Below, piece after piece: positions 36,602 through 49,800 of a stretch of DNA of 64,000 nt. The translations under genes were made by a program, and so were the position numbers. Source of the stretch: Euglena gracilis (lineage: Eukaryota); assembly GCA_039621445.1 (NCBI GenBank), contig CP154954.1, positions 31,024,012 to 31,088,011 on the forward strand, given 5' to 3'. The notes beneath the pieces were generated by a model. That model did not search any database, was not told where the DNA came from, and worked only from the letters and a program-made list of their open reading frames with translations. Numbering within the stretch: position 1 is the first letter of the stretch; each line of letters begins with the position of its first letter.

Positions 36602-39500
36602 AATTGCTTCAAAAACCAAAACAATTAGGCCAGAATGGGGAACCCCCCCTTCCAGGATTGCGGTGCCGATTCTACAAGAGGGGCATGAGTTGGTTTACTC
36701 AAAAGATTGCACCTTTCTGCCCAAGAAGTTTGTGAAATTGGCCTGTTTGAGGGTTTTATCAACGACTTGGTGCCCCAAGCGTTTTAGAAGGTGCCCTGAC
36801 AGCCCTAATTTCAGTGCACAATCAGGCCTCAAAGGGCAAAGTGCGTAACCAGAGGTGTCTCATACTCCCTCGAGGAAAAACGACAAGGGAGGAAGGGACA
36901 CCGAGGGCGAAGCACAAAGGCCCTGTGAGCCCAAGATCCCCACCCCTAAAAAAAAATTTGTCTTCAAAAGCACTCGGGATGCAGGATAAGGGAGCCGGGA
37001 GGGCGTGGAGGGAACCCACCCAGGGGCAAGAAGCCATGTCGCCATGTCGGAGCAGAAGCGTCAGCCAACTCCGGCGAGACGGCAGTGCAGTGTGATTGTT
37101 CGCTGCCCCGGGTTAGGTGTACTCTTTTGGTGCCCTTTTTCGCCGGGGGTTAGCTAAATCATAAATAGCCCTTCGACAACCCAGAAGAAAGCAACTGGTT
37201 TTCAAACAAAGGAAAACCAAAGGATAAGTCAATGTGAAGGGAATATTCAGAAGTACACAGACCAGAAAAATCTCAATTTACACGTCAATAATTCATTTTA
37301 ATTTCGTCTGTAATGAACAATGAAGATCTATAAGAAGCTGCAGTTATGCAGTCGACGTGAACTACCTGGAGCAGCTGTCGCCGCTGCAGCCGGAGGACCT
37401 GGAGGTGCAGACGACATGACGTGAACCGGGGCCGCAGATCCGAGTTTCAGCGATTACCCAGCAGAAAACCCCAGCCAGTGACGGCCAAGGCCTGTGGAGG
37501 TAAACCTCCAGCCCAGCAGAAACGCCTGGTAATTTTTGTCCAACGAAGAAAGATGGGACAAAAGCACACCACACGATTCCAAAGACATTTTCCACAATGG
37601 CGCCAAAACGCCAGAACAAACTTCGAACAGAAGAGGAGAAGATGGAATCAAGGCCAAGGTGGAGGCCATGGTGGCCAATCCCAAAAGCATTTCTTTTCAG
37701 AAAGGGGACGAAAAGGTGCGCCAAAAAAACCAAAACCATCTAACACAACTACCACCACCAAGGTGAAGAGGCGGGGGCACAGCAGCCCCGCCAGATTTCA
37801 TTCAAGTATATCTGAAGACCAACGTCAATGCCAGCCCCAGGGAGGAGAGATCAAGTGCCAATGACGTCAGAATCCAAAAAAAATTTCTTTTGAACGGCCA
37901 TGAATGTCAAAAAGTGCAAGCCCGCGGAGGCCATCATCTTCAGGACCAAATGGCCAGAACTCACAGGGCCATGAAGGCCAAAGGGGTGGTCCAGAATTGG
38001 ACCCCCAGAAGCTAAGGTGCCACCCCAAATATATCAATCCATTTCGGCAGCCGCAGTAAGATGCCCCAGAGGAGGCACAGGAGGACAACGGGGTCAGCCG
38101 CCCAGATCAATTCTTTATTCCCAAGGAAGGAAAAATCAAGGGGGGCACACTAAAAGGCCCCTCTATAGTATGTAAGCAGACAAACTGCATAAAAAGATGG
38201 AGGACCAGAGGGTCTGTGAGAGAGAGGGTGAATCCCCTCCCGTCGATTACATTCAGGAAACCATCAAAACACCAGGGAAAACGAGGGTTGTGAAATGTCG
38301 CACAACCACAACCAATTTCCCAGAAAACATATTGATCAGGGATAAAAATTACATTGAGAAAAAGTGGGGGGGCACCCCCTTGGACCAGAGACTGCAAAAA
38401 GTCTGAAATGGTGGCTGAAAACTGCCGCCGGAGCGGCCTCGAACTCAACAATGATAGCATTCACCCCCCTTGGGTCAAACCACAAAAATTATACAGATAT
38501 CCGAAACCAAAAGCCATCCTGAACCTGAACCAGGCGGGAAAAAATCATGTTGGACTATGAAAAAAATGGGTCCATAAAGATAGTTCACGATTCAGTAACC
38601 AAACATGTAATTCACTGGTTCCTGATACCAAATCCAGAAGAGGAAAAAACGAAGAGGCGGTTCACATGGGTCTGCAGGGAAATAAGCCACAATTTTCCTG
38701 TGAAAGCCTTCACATTTGATCACGTTCAAAACATTTTTGAACGTTTTGAAGAAAGACAACTCGGAGGCAAAATGGGCTTAAAAGACGCATATTATCACCT
38801 TGCAGTTAACCCGGTCCTAAACACCTTTCTTGCATAAGGTGGGCGGGCAAAACTGGGAATTCAAGGCGAGCTGTTTCTGCCTAAATGTGATACCCAAAAT
38901 TTTTACGTCAGTCATGAACACATTCGAAAAGCGTTGGACTACAAAATGATTCCAGGTTGTCTTTTACCTGGACAACATTTTTGTGGTAGCCCCCTACCAA
39001 AAATGCATTGCAAAAACACTTGAACGGGGTTGTCAGAGACCTAATCGATTCGGGTTTCAAAATAAATGTCAAAACGTCAACCCTACAGCCCACACAAGTT
39101 GTAGGACATTTGGGCTTTCAGTTAAATTTGCAGGAGGGAAAATTTTACATTCCTCCCAAAAGGTGAAAACAATAAAAAGCAAACTGGGAAAGTTGTGAAA
39201 AAAATATTTCGTTTCGAAAAGGCAGTTCGTAACCACTTTGGGCCCAATTAGATACAACCTCGTGCCCCTGCCCTTCCTAAGCGCTTTCACAGATTCCCTA
39301 ACATTATTTTTCGTCAAAAAGCCAGCAGCACCATGGGACTCGAAGCATTCCATTTCACAGGACATAAAAGCCCAATTGGGAAAATAGTTTAAAATCTGCT
39401 GGACACCTGCGGGAGGAGGCCATTCACCAACAATGCAACAAGGTTGTTACCCTCAGACATCAGCACCCAAGCCTGGGGCAGGCTGTATATTAGTACTGGA
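36602..39500 (+). mobile_element. D2: DIRS YR C-terminus and 3' end, joined head-to-tail (~37140) to the next DIRS copy (gag, RT, start of RNaseH)
   Basis: YR xSTRGA ~36670; RT 38547-39000 (LKDAYYH, FYLDN); colinear with 52195-55090. Confidence 0.9.
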
Positions 39501-40374
39501 GGTACACTATTCCCCCATATACCGTCTCACCTTTGCGCCGCACTTTTTGCTTTTTCTTACCCTCACCCTTTCACCTTTTCTGTCGCGAATTGGAAAGGAA
39601 TGCCTGGGTTTCTCTTTTTCTTTCCCCGCACAAGTCATTTTCTGAGGCACTGTTGGCCAACGTCCCTGAATTTTTTTTAAAAAAATCGAAATCGCAGTCT
39701 CGCTGAATGAAAGCTGCCAAAAAAAAGGAATTTCACCGAGGGGGTATCGTGGGACTTAAGCCTTGGGGTAGAGTGCCCAGAGTTGGTTTCGCTCATAATT
39801 TTCAGATTTTGTGTTCAAAGACCCGTTTCCCATGCTTGTCGGAGGAAAGGGGTGGGGGGGCTTCCCCCGAAGACCTGATTTTTCAGAGTCCCCCAAGGTG
39901 CCCGATATTATGGCTGGGGGGGGTCAGACTCTTAACAACGATTTTAAAAAAAAGCGACAGGATCCGTTTCAAAAAAAAACACAGAATTTTCGCCCCCCCC
40001 AAAAAAATTCTATTTCACTCTCCCCGTTTTTGTTCGGCGGGGGGGCAGAAAAACAGGTCCGACTGACGTCGCAAGGGAGGGGGTGGCGGCTGCCGCGGGC
40101 GTCGGCAGCCAAAAAAATTCCCAAAAATCTCAAAAAAAAACCCCGGTAGGATTACCCAAAGTAAGTCAACCGCCACGCCAGTTGAATTGGAACCCCAGCA
40201 AATTTCAAGAAGAATTTGAGATTTCGATTTGAGAATCAGAAAAGAAGAAAAGTCAATTGGAGACTTGAAGAGCAAAAAGATTAATTCAAATATCAAAAGG
40301 AAGCCAAGGCGTTCATTTCCACATTCTTTTTCCCACTCAACACCTGAATTAAAAGGTGATTGCCCACCATCTCA

Positions 40375-43300
40375 ATGCCCGCCAGCAAAGCGCACTACTT
40401 GCCACATCCAAAGCTACAAAACGGATGGGAATCATCCCTTGACGCACTGAAGACAATGTTCGACAATGTCCGAGAATTCGGACCACAAGGCATACAATTG
40501 GAAGTATTCCCACTTCCAAAGGATATACAATTGGTGACACACGAAACGTTCTGTTACAATTACCAAATTTTCCTCAACGAACACTACGGGGCCCACTTCC
40601 AAGTGGTCGGAATCGACCTGACATGCCCACAAAAATTCGTCGTTTGGCGCACCGACTGCCTCCACAAGTTCCTGGTGGACTTCTGGGGCTTTGGTGTGCG
40701 CGGTCGGACAACCGACCGCCCAAACGCACAAAGGGCGCAGCCACACCAACGGGAATGGGCGGAGGCCCAACAACAACGGAGACTACTTGGACACATCTGC
40801 CACAATCCCCTTTGAAGTTAGGAAAATCGGATACGCCAGACGAAACCACCGACAAATGCATCTGCACATGCAGACGTTCCAATGGAGAGCATGGGTGTCC
40901 TATGCTCTGGAAATCTACAATGTATTCAACCCAAAACAACAACTCCCATAAGAATACCTCCCTCTTCGCTTCGACCTGAATGGGACGAAGACGGAAAACG
41001 GAAGTACATCAAACGCCTGTTTGGCGAAACCCTCCGAAGAGAGGACTTTGCCCCACTTTTCAAGGGCAAACGTACAAATAAGGATGGGTTGGCCATCCCG
41101 ATACTGGACTGCCTTCCTCGCGGATCCTCGGGAGGAAACAAAATTTTCGTATGGCAAAACTTCCGTCTGCGACCACGTATAAAACTCCCTGAACCCCAGG
41201 AGACGGAACCCGAAACAGCACAGTCTGCAGTTGAACAACCTCCAACGGTTGCATCTACAACGTCACCAGCCACAGCAGCAGCGAAGCCTGCAACCAAACG
41301 TCCGGAAGAACGTTTGCCACAACCTCCACCTACACCTACCATGTCTGTGGAACACACTCCCGTACACTCTTCAGACTCTTCGTCCGTTTCCTCTTCCGGG
41401 GTCACCCAGCGATGAGGAAATGGAAGAAGGGACAGACAATGAACACAGTAAACGCTCCGTCTCCTCCGCATCTGTGGAGTCTAAACCCGAAGATGCCGGC
41501 GTACAACATGCTGTAAGGGCCGAAGTACCAACTACAACGCCTGCTCAAACACGACCACAAACACCATTGCCAGACGCGGAACCTGACGCGCCTGCAGAAT
41601 TTACAATGGCCGAAGTGCCTGCAGACTCCACAACGGCCGTAGCACCTTCGGCAGACGTGGTAGCACCTACTCCCGCACATGCGGAAGCTGGACAGGAAGC
41701 AACTGATGCTGAGATAATCGCATTTCGCGAACTGATCACAAAACAACAACGGGAAGGTATCGAAAGATACCAAGACCCCGACGACGTTATACTCATACCA
41801 CCACAAGTTGGACGCGCTGCAGAACGCGTCCTCGGAAGCGTCCGAAGTGGCGTAGCCTCGATGGTTGCAATGGTGCGATCGAGGTCCTCCTTCCACGCGA
41901 AGTCCCCGTGACACGGGACTTGGCGAACAACTCATACAAGAAGTCCCGACTTCAGCCCCAGCATTGGCAGCACACGCGGCCAGTTCTACTGCTGACGTCC
42001 ACACACCCGAAGCGGTGACACCAACCGAATCGACTACGGTCGAACAAACGCCACCACATGACACAACACCCGTAGTGGTACACACACCTGAACAGGTGGT
42101 ACCGACGGCTCCTGACGTACCACCTACCACCACACCAACGGTCAAACCTGCTCCAAAGTCGCCTGCAGAACGCCCCCTTCTGCCACAGCGGAAAGAGAAA
42201 GGCAGTAAGCCTAAAGCTAAACCACAGCCTGCAGAACCCTGCAAACCTGCTGATTGACACAACAAACAAAAACCACCTCCACCTGGGAGTGGTAGCAAAT
42301 CAGGAAAGCGGGCGAAGACCCCAGCTGCTACCACACCAGCACCAACATATACCGAAGTGGCCGGGAAAAGCCGGGTAACTTCTACCCTCCGAAGTAGAAC
42401 TCGACAAGATACAACGTCTGAGACCTCGCAAGAGAAAAACATGCCGGTTGACGATAATGCCACCCTTTGGCTAGAGGACATTATCTCCAACCTGCCGAGC
42501 GTCGAAGAACGCATTACCATGATACAATCAGCCCGCGAACGCAGAATTTTGTTGAACAAGTGGATTGAACCACTGTTCTTCAACGAACAGAAGTACAACT
42601 ACTATGTTCGCCATATTTGGCGATTCTACAGTGCCAGATCACCAAGAGTGTTTGCCCAATACCTTGGGGAAACATTCCTGTTTGATAATAGGCCGAATGG
42701 TCAAACAACGTGGCCCTGTACTGTTTGTCACAACATTCGTAACAGCATGCCAGCTGTGCATGTCTGTTATGCCGACAACAAACGGAAAAATTTTCACCAG
42801 AATGAGTTCGTTCCAAATACAGCCGCTTTGAATTGCGGTGATTCCATCCTTGCCTGGAGAAAACTGAACAACTTCCGGTGTTCGGAAGAGGACAGTGACC
42901 GTGACGTACCAGTTTTCTGTGTCAACTGCCTACGGGCAGACACATGGTTGGCCGCAGATGGCGGAAATCTCAAGATCGTACCCGGAAGCGAGGACGTTCT
43001 GGAAGATATCCTGAAATTCTAAAAAACAAAACGACAAATGTACCAGCACAAAAGCTTCAAGAAAGCTGAAGATTTTGACCGTGGCGGAATCGCCTTTGAC
43101 TTCCAAACTGAATCCGGCGGAATCAGAATTGCTGTGGAATGTACAAAAGGGCGATTGCCCCTACTCTTCAATGATGATGACTGGAAACGAGTCATTTACC
43201 CACTCTTTACAAAGCCTTCAACGGTTTCTGAAACCACACAACGATGGTTATTGCTTGACTATCCACCTGAACGACATGGTTACAAACATTATTCAGAAGG

Positions 43301-44200
43301 GGTTGGTACCATTCTGAAACCACATATACCCCGCTGTGCCTGTGCATCCCGCGCGCACAACGTTGATTTCAACGCTCTGCCTGGGATGCCACCACAGGTA
43401 CCAGCAAACCATCCAAGATGGAACTATTTCATATGGCCTGCAACTTTTCCGAGAGTTTTCTGGGAAAATTTGCAGATTTACCTCCACAAGCGAGCTGAAA
43501 CGCTCAAAACCGAACTCCCCAAGGAAATACAAGAAGTCAAAAGTTGGGTTATCTCACGGATCAACATGGATGATCCTGACAGGCATACCTTAGACTTACG
43601 TCCAACCGAAATGACCTTGGTACAAGACCCACACATGGGTGAGTACTTCAAGGAAACCCGCAAACGTTGAGGGTTTCCTGCTCCGTACAATCAGCTACGG
43701 CTGAGATGGGCGTAGTCCCACATAATGAGCGAAGTCTCGAGCGTGAATACGCACTTCATCATCGGATTCAACACCATTTCAAGACCCTGTGGCGGAATCG
43801 CCTTAAGTTCGGTCGACAACACGTTGATCGCGAAGATTCAAGACTACAAAGACACTACGGTGTCAAGTAAGATCACGCACAAAGCACAGCATGCGCGCCA
43901 GAATTCTTTTGCGCTTTGTGCTCCAAACACGGTAAGCGTAATTGGGAACCAGACAATGGTATCCTGGTACTGTCTCCCTGAACGTGGGACTGTGCCTGGC
44001 ATCCCGACTGGCCTGGTCCAGAAGGGGAATCGGGCAGAGCCCTGGGAGGGGGATGTGTACCAGGCAGCCATTCTGCCATGGCACTGTGTACCAGATACAA
44101 TGGGCTACGGCCTACAATCTGGCTATGGCCGGGATGTACACAGTGGCATGGTTAAACCATAAGACAAAGAGAGAATCTCAGAGCTAGCGAAAGCATAGCG
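40375..44200 (+). pseudogene. Long interrupted ORF (about 1200 codons) of unknown function: globular N-terminus, P/T/A-rich linker, Cys-containing C-terminal domain; probably the 3' ORF of another Gypsy relative
   Basis: Consecutive protein-like plus-strand frames 40360-40815, 40882-41415, 41231-41911, 41865-42257, 42357-43022 (CTVC, CVNC), 43038-43670 and 43667-43870, ending ahead of a hairpin LTR. Confidence 0.6.
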
Positions 44201-44418
44201 AAAGTAACTGGTTCCGAATCCAAGGTTACAGGGTTTGGTGCTTTGCAAATATCTTTTAGAATTCTGAGCGCGAAGTCCCATTTGAATAGAAGTTTTATTT
44301 CTTTCTTCCACAAAGCACGAAAGAGCAAAAGTCACTTTCATATAAAGGACTGCGGTCCCACCAACTCTTCTGCTTGTGTGCTTTGCATTCAAAAGGGGAA
44401 AAAGGAAACAAACTTTAC

Positions 44419-44483
44419 TGTTACTCCCCCCACGGGCTTTTCGGGAGGAAAGCATAGGTAGAAAAGCCGGGGCGGGACGTACA
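44419..44483 (+). repeat. Putative 65-bp hairpin 3' LTR
   Basis: TGTTACTCC...GGACGTACA; GGCTTTTC pairs with GAAAAGCC; purine tract at 44391-44408 upstream; no PBS downstream. Confidence 0.65.
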
Positions 44484-45620
44484 CCGTTTGACAATGCTGG
44501 ATTTACTATCTGAAGACGAGGCGAAGTACAACAGTGCCTGGGGCACTTTCGTTTTGAACACAGACCTGGTGGGAGCATTTCTACGAGACACCTCTGGAGA
44601 AGATGTTCAAGGAGTTTTGACGGCGGGCTTGCGTTGGCAAGGAGAAGGCTGGGCTGTGGGCGGCGAAGGAGCTGCGAGCTGTCAGCGGCACATCACTCGT
44701 CAGCGCCAGATGGGTGGAGTATCTCATGTCCTTCTTGTAAACACTCGCCTTGGTGCGTGGGATCGAAGTACTGCAGTTGGAGCTAAGCGAGAGGGCTTAA
44801 GAGTGTGCCATCAGGCTGGCCGAGACATGGACAACGCTACTGGAAGACGCCACCGCCGAGAAGAAGGGGAAGCAGAAGGTCGCGACAAGCGCCGCGATGG
44901 CGGAGGACGACGAGGAGGACGAGGAAGAAGCGGCGGAGACAACGGTGGAGCGGCTCCCCTGGCAAGATGACATGACCCCACTTTCCCAGGAGCTGTCAGC
45001 CTGCCTCAAGAAGGCGGCGGCAGGTACAAGATTACCATGGAAACACGTCCTGAAGGAGCTGCCGCTCTTCCAGGACCTAAAAACGCGAGCTTGGGACAAA
45101 AAACACCACCAGTACGCCAAGACCCCATGGACAAGATGCTCAAAGGGGTGCAAAAAAAGGTAATACATTTGGGGAGGATGATGGCCACAATCCACAGTGA
45201 AGTGGATGCATTCCCAGAGGACTATCGAGTCCTCTCCCAGCAACTCTTTTTCGCCATGGCGGAATTAGAACAAGGCCCTCTATGAGAACGGAAGCGTCGA
45301 AGTATACCTGGAGTGATACCTTCGACATCAAACAGTATCTTTTCAAAAGAATATCTGCAGGTGGAGAGGACTCAGCAGCAGCTGAACAGTGCTGGTACGA
45401 ACACACCTGTGGGTAGGGTGGAATCGTGGCATTTTCCCACCACCACAGGCAGCCGAGTCTGGAAATTCAAAGGATGATTCAAGGGGTTCAGAGGAGGATT
45501 CAAGGGTGGAAGCGGAGGCTATGGCAGCCAAGTCTGGAGAAGTCCCTGGACATCCAAAGGGTGTGGCACCCAGTCAAATCTCATTCCTCCCTCCTGGTCC
45601 ATTGCAGGACAACGGGCAGA
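44484..45620 (+). pseudogene. Gag-like fragment, possibly from another YR retroelement family
   Basis: Frames 44488-, 44897-45163 and 45037-45285 give a helical protein ending in FKG/RGG repeats; the family assignment is an impression only. Confidence 0.35.
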
Positions 45621-45624
45621 GTTA

Positions 45625-46800
45625 AGTGTTGGGGGATGGGGACCCTGCTCGCCCGGTGGGGCTGCCGCTTTCGCTGGGGCTGCAACTTCCCTTTTCCGGC
45701 CCTGGTGGGCTCAGGCCAGGGCCTTTGTGAAAGTGGGCCCCGTTTTCCAGTAAATCAACAGACTGTGAAGGGTGTGAGGTGTGCCCCCCCGACCCAAGGT
45801 CCCCAGTTTCCCCGCGTAGGATCTTTTTTTCTTTCCACTGTTGGTTTTTTCCCATTTCTCAACTTTGGTCCAAAGGGTGGACAAAAACAAAACCAACCCA
45901 CCTACTTAGGATCAAACAGCAGAGCACAACAAACCTGGGACTTGGGGGGGGGCTGTGTTTAGCCCTGTTTTTTTGTTGGTGTGGATCAAAATCAGTTTTT
46001 TTGGCTTTGTGGTTGGAATTTTTGACTCAGGATTGGATACCCTGTGAGACGTTTGGGTGGGGACAGGAATGCATCATTTTGTGACCGTGACTGTTTTTGG
46101 TCACACCCCAGAGTGTGACGGGGTTTGATGAAATTTCCATTTTTCCATTTCTTTCGTCAAGTGGGGATTCCGGTTTTGCAGACAGGAATTTTTAACCCGT
46201 GGCCCTTCCCCACACTAGTTCGGTGGGGGGGCGGGCGACATTGTGAAGGCCCGTCCGTTGACATGTGAGATTTGAGCCGGTTTGTATATTACGGCCCAGG
46301 TTTGTGATTTTTTTGTTTGGAGGCTGAAGCCAGATTGACCCCCATGGCCCCATGTGACTGGGGGGGGGGCAGCGAAAAATCGCCTTGGCTGAGAAAATTG
46401 CATTTGCATTTTCAGTATTCTTGAGTTTGCCATGTCATTTGACCCCCATTGCCCCGTGTGATTGGGGGGGGGGGGCAGTTAATTTTAATTGGCAACCTGA
46501 ATTGGTTGGTTTCGGCTGTGAATTGGTGGTGCCCAGGGTTGGGCTGAAATGGCCTGGCCCCTATACAACGGTATGCTGCTGGATGTTGCTTCTGTTGGGT
46601 TGGTTGCTCTCGGTTGGACTTTGTTTGTTGGATGTGGCAGGTTGGAATTGTCGATGTTGAGGGCTCTTGTAGGCCCTAGACTTGTGGGTTGGACCCAGAT
46701 TTTTGATTTTTTGAGGATTTTTTTGTTGCTGGAGGATTTTTATTCAAAGAGTTGGAAAAACCTGGGATTTGATAATTTTTCTGGTGGACAACAAAATGAG
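45625..46800 (-). mobile_element. Highly degenerate relative of the G4 3' region or LTR
   Basis: Shares GCGTAGGATCTTTT (~45815 vs ~61592) and GGCGAC.TTGTGAA (~46234 vs ~62267) in the same order. Confidence 0.35.
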
Positions 46801-49800
46801 TTGGCGTTTTAAAACTCTGTTTTTTGATTCGGTTTGGACTATTGGATATTGGCCAAAGGCATATTTTTCATGGAACACAGCTTGGAGGTATCCGAACTCG
46901 GGGGGGGGGTACCCTGGACCGGAGAGGCCCTGTTGTGGGACAATGAAAAAAAAAACAGCCACGTGGGCACTAAAGCCCTGTGACATAGTGGCTGAGGGCC
47001 AATGTGAAGCCCTGTTCTCTTGGCGTTCAAAAAAAAAATTCGATCAACCCAGTCATTTTCAGTTGGAATGCATGACAAGGAAGTGAGCGTGCACACACAC
47101 AAAACACACAACCGCACACGAACCCGCACACCCATCTGGGTGGCCCCTCCTTTTGCATGATTTCCTGAGGAAAATATTGTGGGGAGAACAAATAACCAAT
47201 AAAACCGTTTACTATTTCCTGGGGAGAAATCCGAGCCTGAGACAATATCAAAGTGCGTTTGCACTCCTTTCGGACATTTTGGACAATCAGGGGGTACCCC
47301 CCCCTCAAGCCACCACAGATAACGTGATTGACGCCTTAATACGTTTGTTTCAAAATTCCAAGGCCGAAGCTGGTAATGCACACAGTGCTATGCTTTTGAT
47401 CTCTGTGTTTGGTGGATTGAGATTCCATTGCGTTTTGTCCCCATACAAAATTCTTTGGAACCGAAACCTTGAAATATATGGGACGTTCTAGTATCCCCTC
47501 CCAATCCTCCAGGGGCTGGCCCAAACCCCTTTTACAGCTGATATATGTAATTTGCGTACACAACGTTTTTTTGTACTCACGAGTCCTCTGTTTATACAGA
47601 TCTTCAGACTTAGAGAGAGTAAGGTGAACCACAAGTGTGTTGGGCAAGGCTATCTTCAATCACAAAATAATTTTGGGCTAAACATGCGGTATCCCCCTGG
47701 CACAATCCACCAGAGGGGCAAAAGTTAGTTTACCCAAAGAAACTGCGTCATTCTGCCCGGAAACTGTCGTGAAATTGGCCAGTGGAGGGGGGTGGAGACT
47801 TTTACAGCCCGTTACCAATGACTTGCAGCCCAAAGCATTTTAGAAATTGTCCTGGACCCCCTAATTTCAGTGCACAATCAGGCCTGACAAGAGCAAAGTG
47901 CGGGGCCCGAGGTGTGCCGTACTCCCTCGAGTAAAATTGACAAAAGAGGAAGGGACACCGAGGGCGAAGCACAAACAGCCTGTGAACCCGCCCCCCCCCC
48001 AACACGTAAAAGAAAGTGTGTCTTCAAGATCAGCAGAAAATGGGGGCCATGGGGGGCAGAGTGGGTGTCCACCCCCAGGGGCAAGAAGCCACGTCGCCAC
48101 GTTGAAGCAGCATCGTCAGCCAACTCCGGGGAGGTAGCGCCAAGCAGGGACTTCTAACCCAGCGCACCAAAACAACCCAAAAAAAAAACCGCCGGCGAAC
48201 AGGCAATGGCCTCCCAACGACTTTGTGCTTCTCTCTCAGTGTCCCTTGCTCCCTTGTCATTTTTCCTCCAGGGATTAGGGGTTTTGCTCCTTAGTGCCCT
48301 TCTTCGCTGGAGTTGGCTGACTCTAATGGGTCTCTTCCTAGTAGACGGGCAAGAAAATACCAGGTCCACCCAGAACCAGAGGCAAATCAAGGACCCACCA
48401 GGCTAATCTCTTCCCCTACGTGAAGCGAGGATTTTGGGAAGGTTAGGCTTTTCCGCCTTTTCCTGAGTTGGATAATCCTAATTGCCCTATGGCGGAAGAA
48501 TTGCTGGCCAATCTCATCACAAGTGCTGATACACTGGAGCTGCAGAACACTTACGACGGTATTCTTCTATGGCGGGAGACCGCGTGTGCCATTTGAAGGC
48601 CATAAAGAAATTCGTTGCAAACTTCCTGGCGAAGGCGCCTGCGGTGTTTACAAACTGAACGATTTGACCTTCCAACCCTGCTTCAGCAGTATTAAGTAGA
48701 AAACCAGAGCACCTTTGACAAAAAGCAATGCCTTGGGCTGTTTTGGGTTTTATTCCCATATTTGGGACTCCCCACTCTTCCAGGAGGGCGGAGGAGAAGA
48801 TGATGAAATAACTGCGTTTGAGCTCCAAAACGGCGTTGGAGGTTGCTCGGTTGAAACGTGTGGGGGCCTCTACTTCCCACTGTCAGTTGGGGGCCCAAGA
48901 AAACTTGGAGCACACTTCGCTACAAAAAAATTTTTGTGGGTCCGACCCCCGGGGGGGGGGGGCCAGTTGTCTTCCTTTGGGAGGCAGTTCCGAGCCCGTG
49001 GTGTCTCACACTTCCCTGCGGCAGACCGAGAGGGGAGGAAGAGACACCAAGGGCGAAGCAGAAACACAAGTGAGCCCTCCCGTCCTTACAAAGAAAAATA
49101 AAAAAAATGTTCCGCTACCCTCATGGAATCGGCAACGCCGGGCGAGGAGCGAGCAAGCTCCGGCAAACATGCGGCACTAAGGGGGCAAAGACCAAACTTC
49201 CCAAAAGAACATTGCCTTCAAAAAACCTGAAAACAAGGCATTGGTGTTTGTGCTTCGCCATGGGCGTGTTCATCAGACTTGGTTTCGCGCTTATACCTAC
49301 AAACACAGTACCGTGGCCTTACGGCAGCCTGGTATACATAAGAACCCACATAAGAAGTCAACATTAAAGTAATATCCCGAAAGAAACGAACCAGACGAAT
49401 TTCAGTGGATAAAACAATTATCAATTTCAAGTTCGACTTCAGTGAACAATGAAGTGGATTAGAAGCAATTACGCAGTCGACGTGAACTGCCAGGAGTTGC
49501 TGTCGCCGCGGCAGCTGGAGGACCTGGAGGTGCGGACAACATGTGGCGAACCGTGGCCGCCACCTCCCCCGCCAGATTCCACCTTCATTTTTCAGCACAA
49601 AACCCCTCCCACGGCCTGTGGATTACAGTGGCCCGGAAGCCCAGAAGGAAGAAGGAACCCCCAGAACCACTACATGCACACCTGGACAACGGGGTCCGTT
49701 GAAACAAAATGGGACAAAGAAGACCACAGGGTTCCAAAGGCAAGTCCCACAATGGCACAAAGCCGCCAGGTCAAAATTCTCACAGAAGGGGGGCAGCTGG

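Noticed and set aside
39500-40350. Possible degenerate protease or gag fragment on the minus strand
   Set aside because: Too homopolymer-degraded; no intact DTG motif to support a call.
41402-42598. 398-aa minus-strand ORF (also 17276-18166 and 9657-10544)
   Set aside because: Antisense shadows of P/T/A-rich or GC-rich plus-strand sequence; no motifs.
43950-44155. Possible insert in the orphan ORF bounded by ATGGT
   Set aside because: A 5-bp repeat can arise by chance and no empty-site copy is available.
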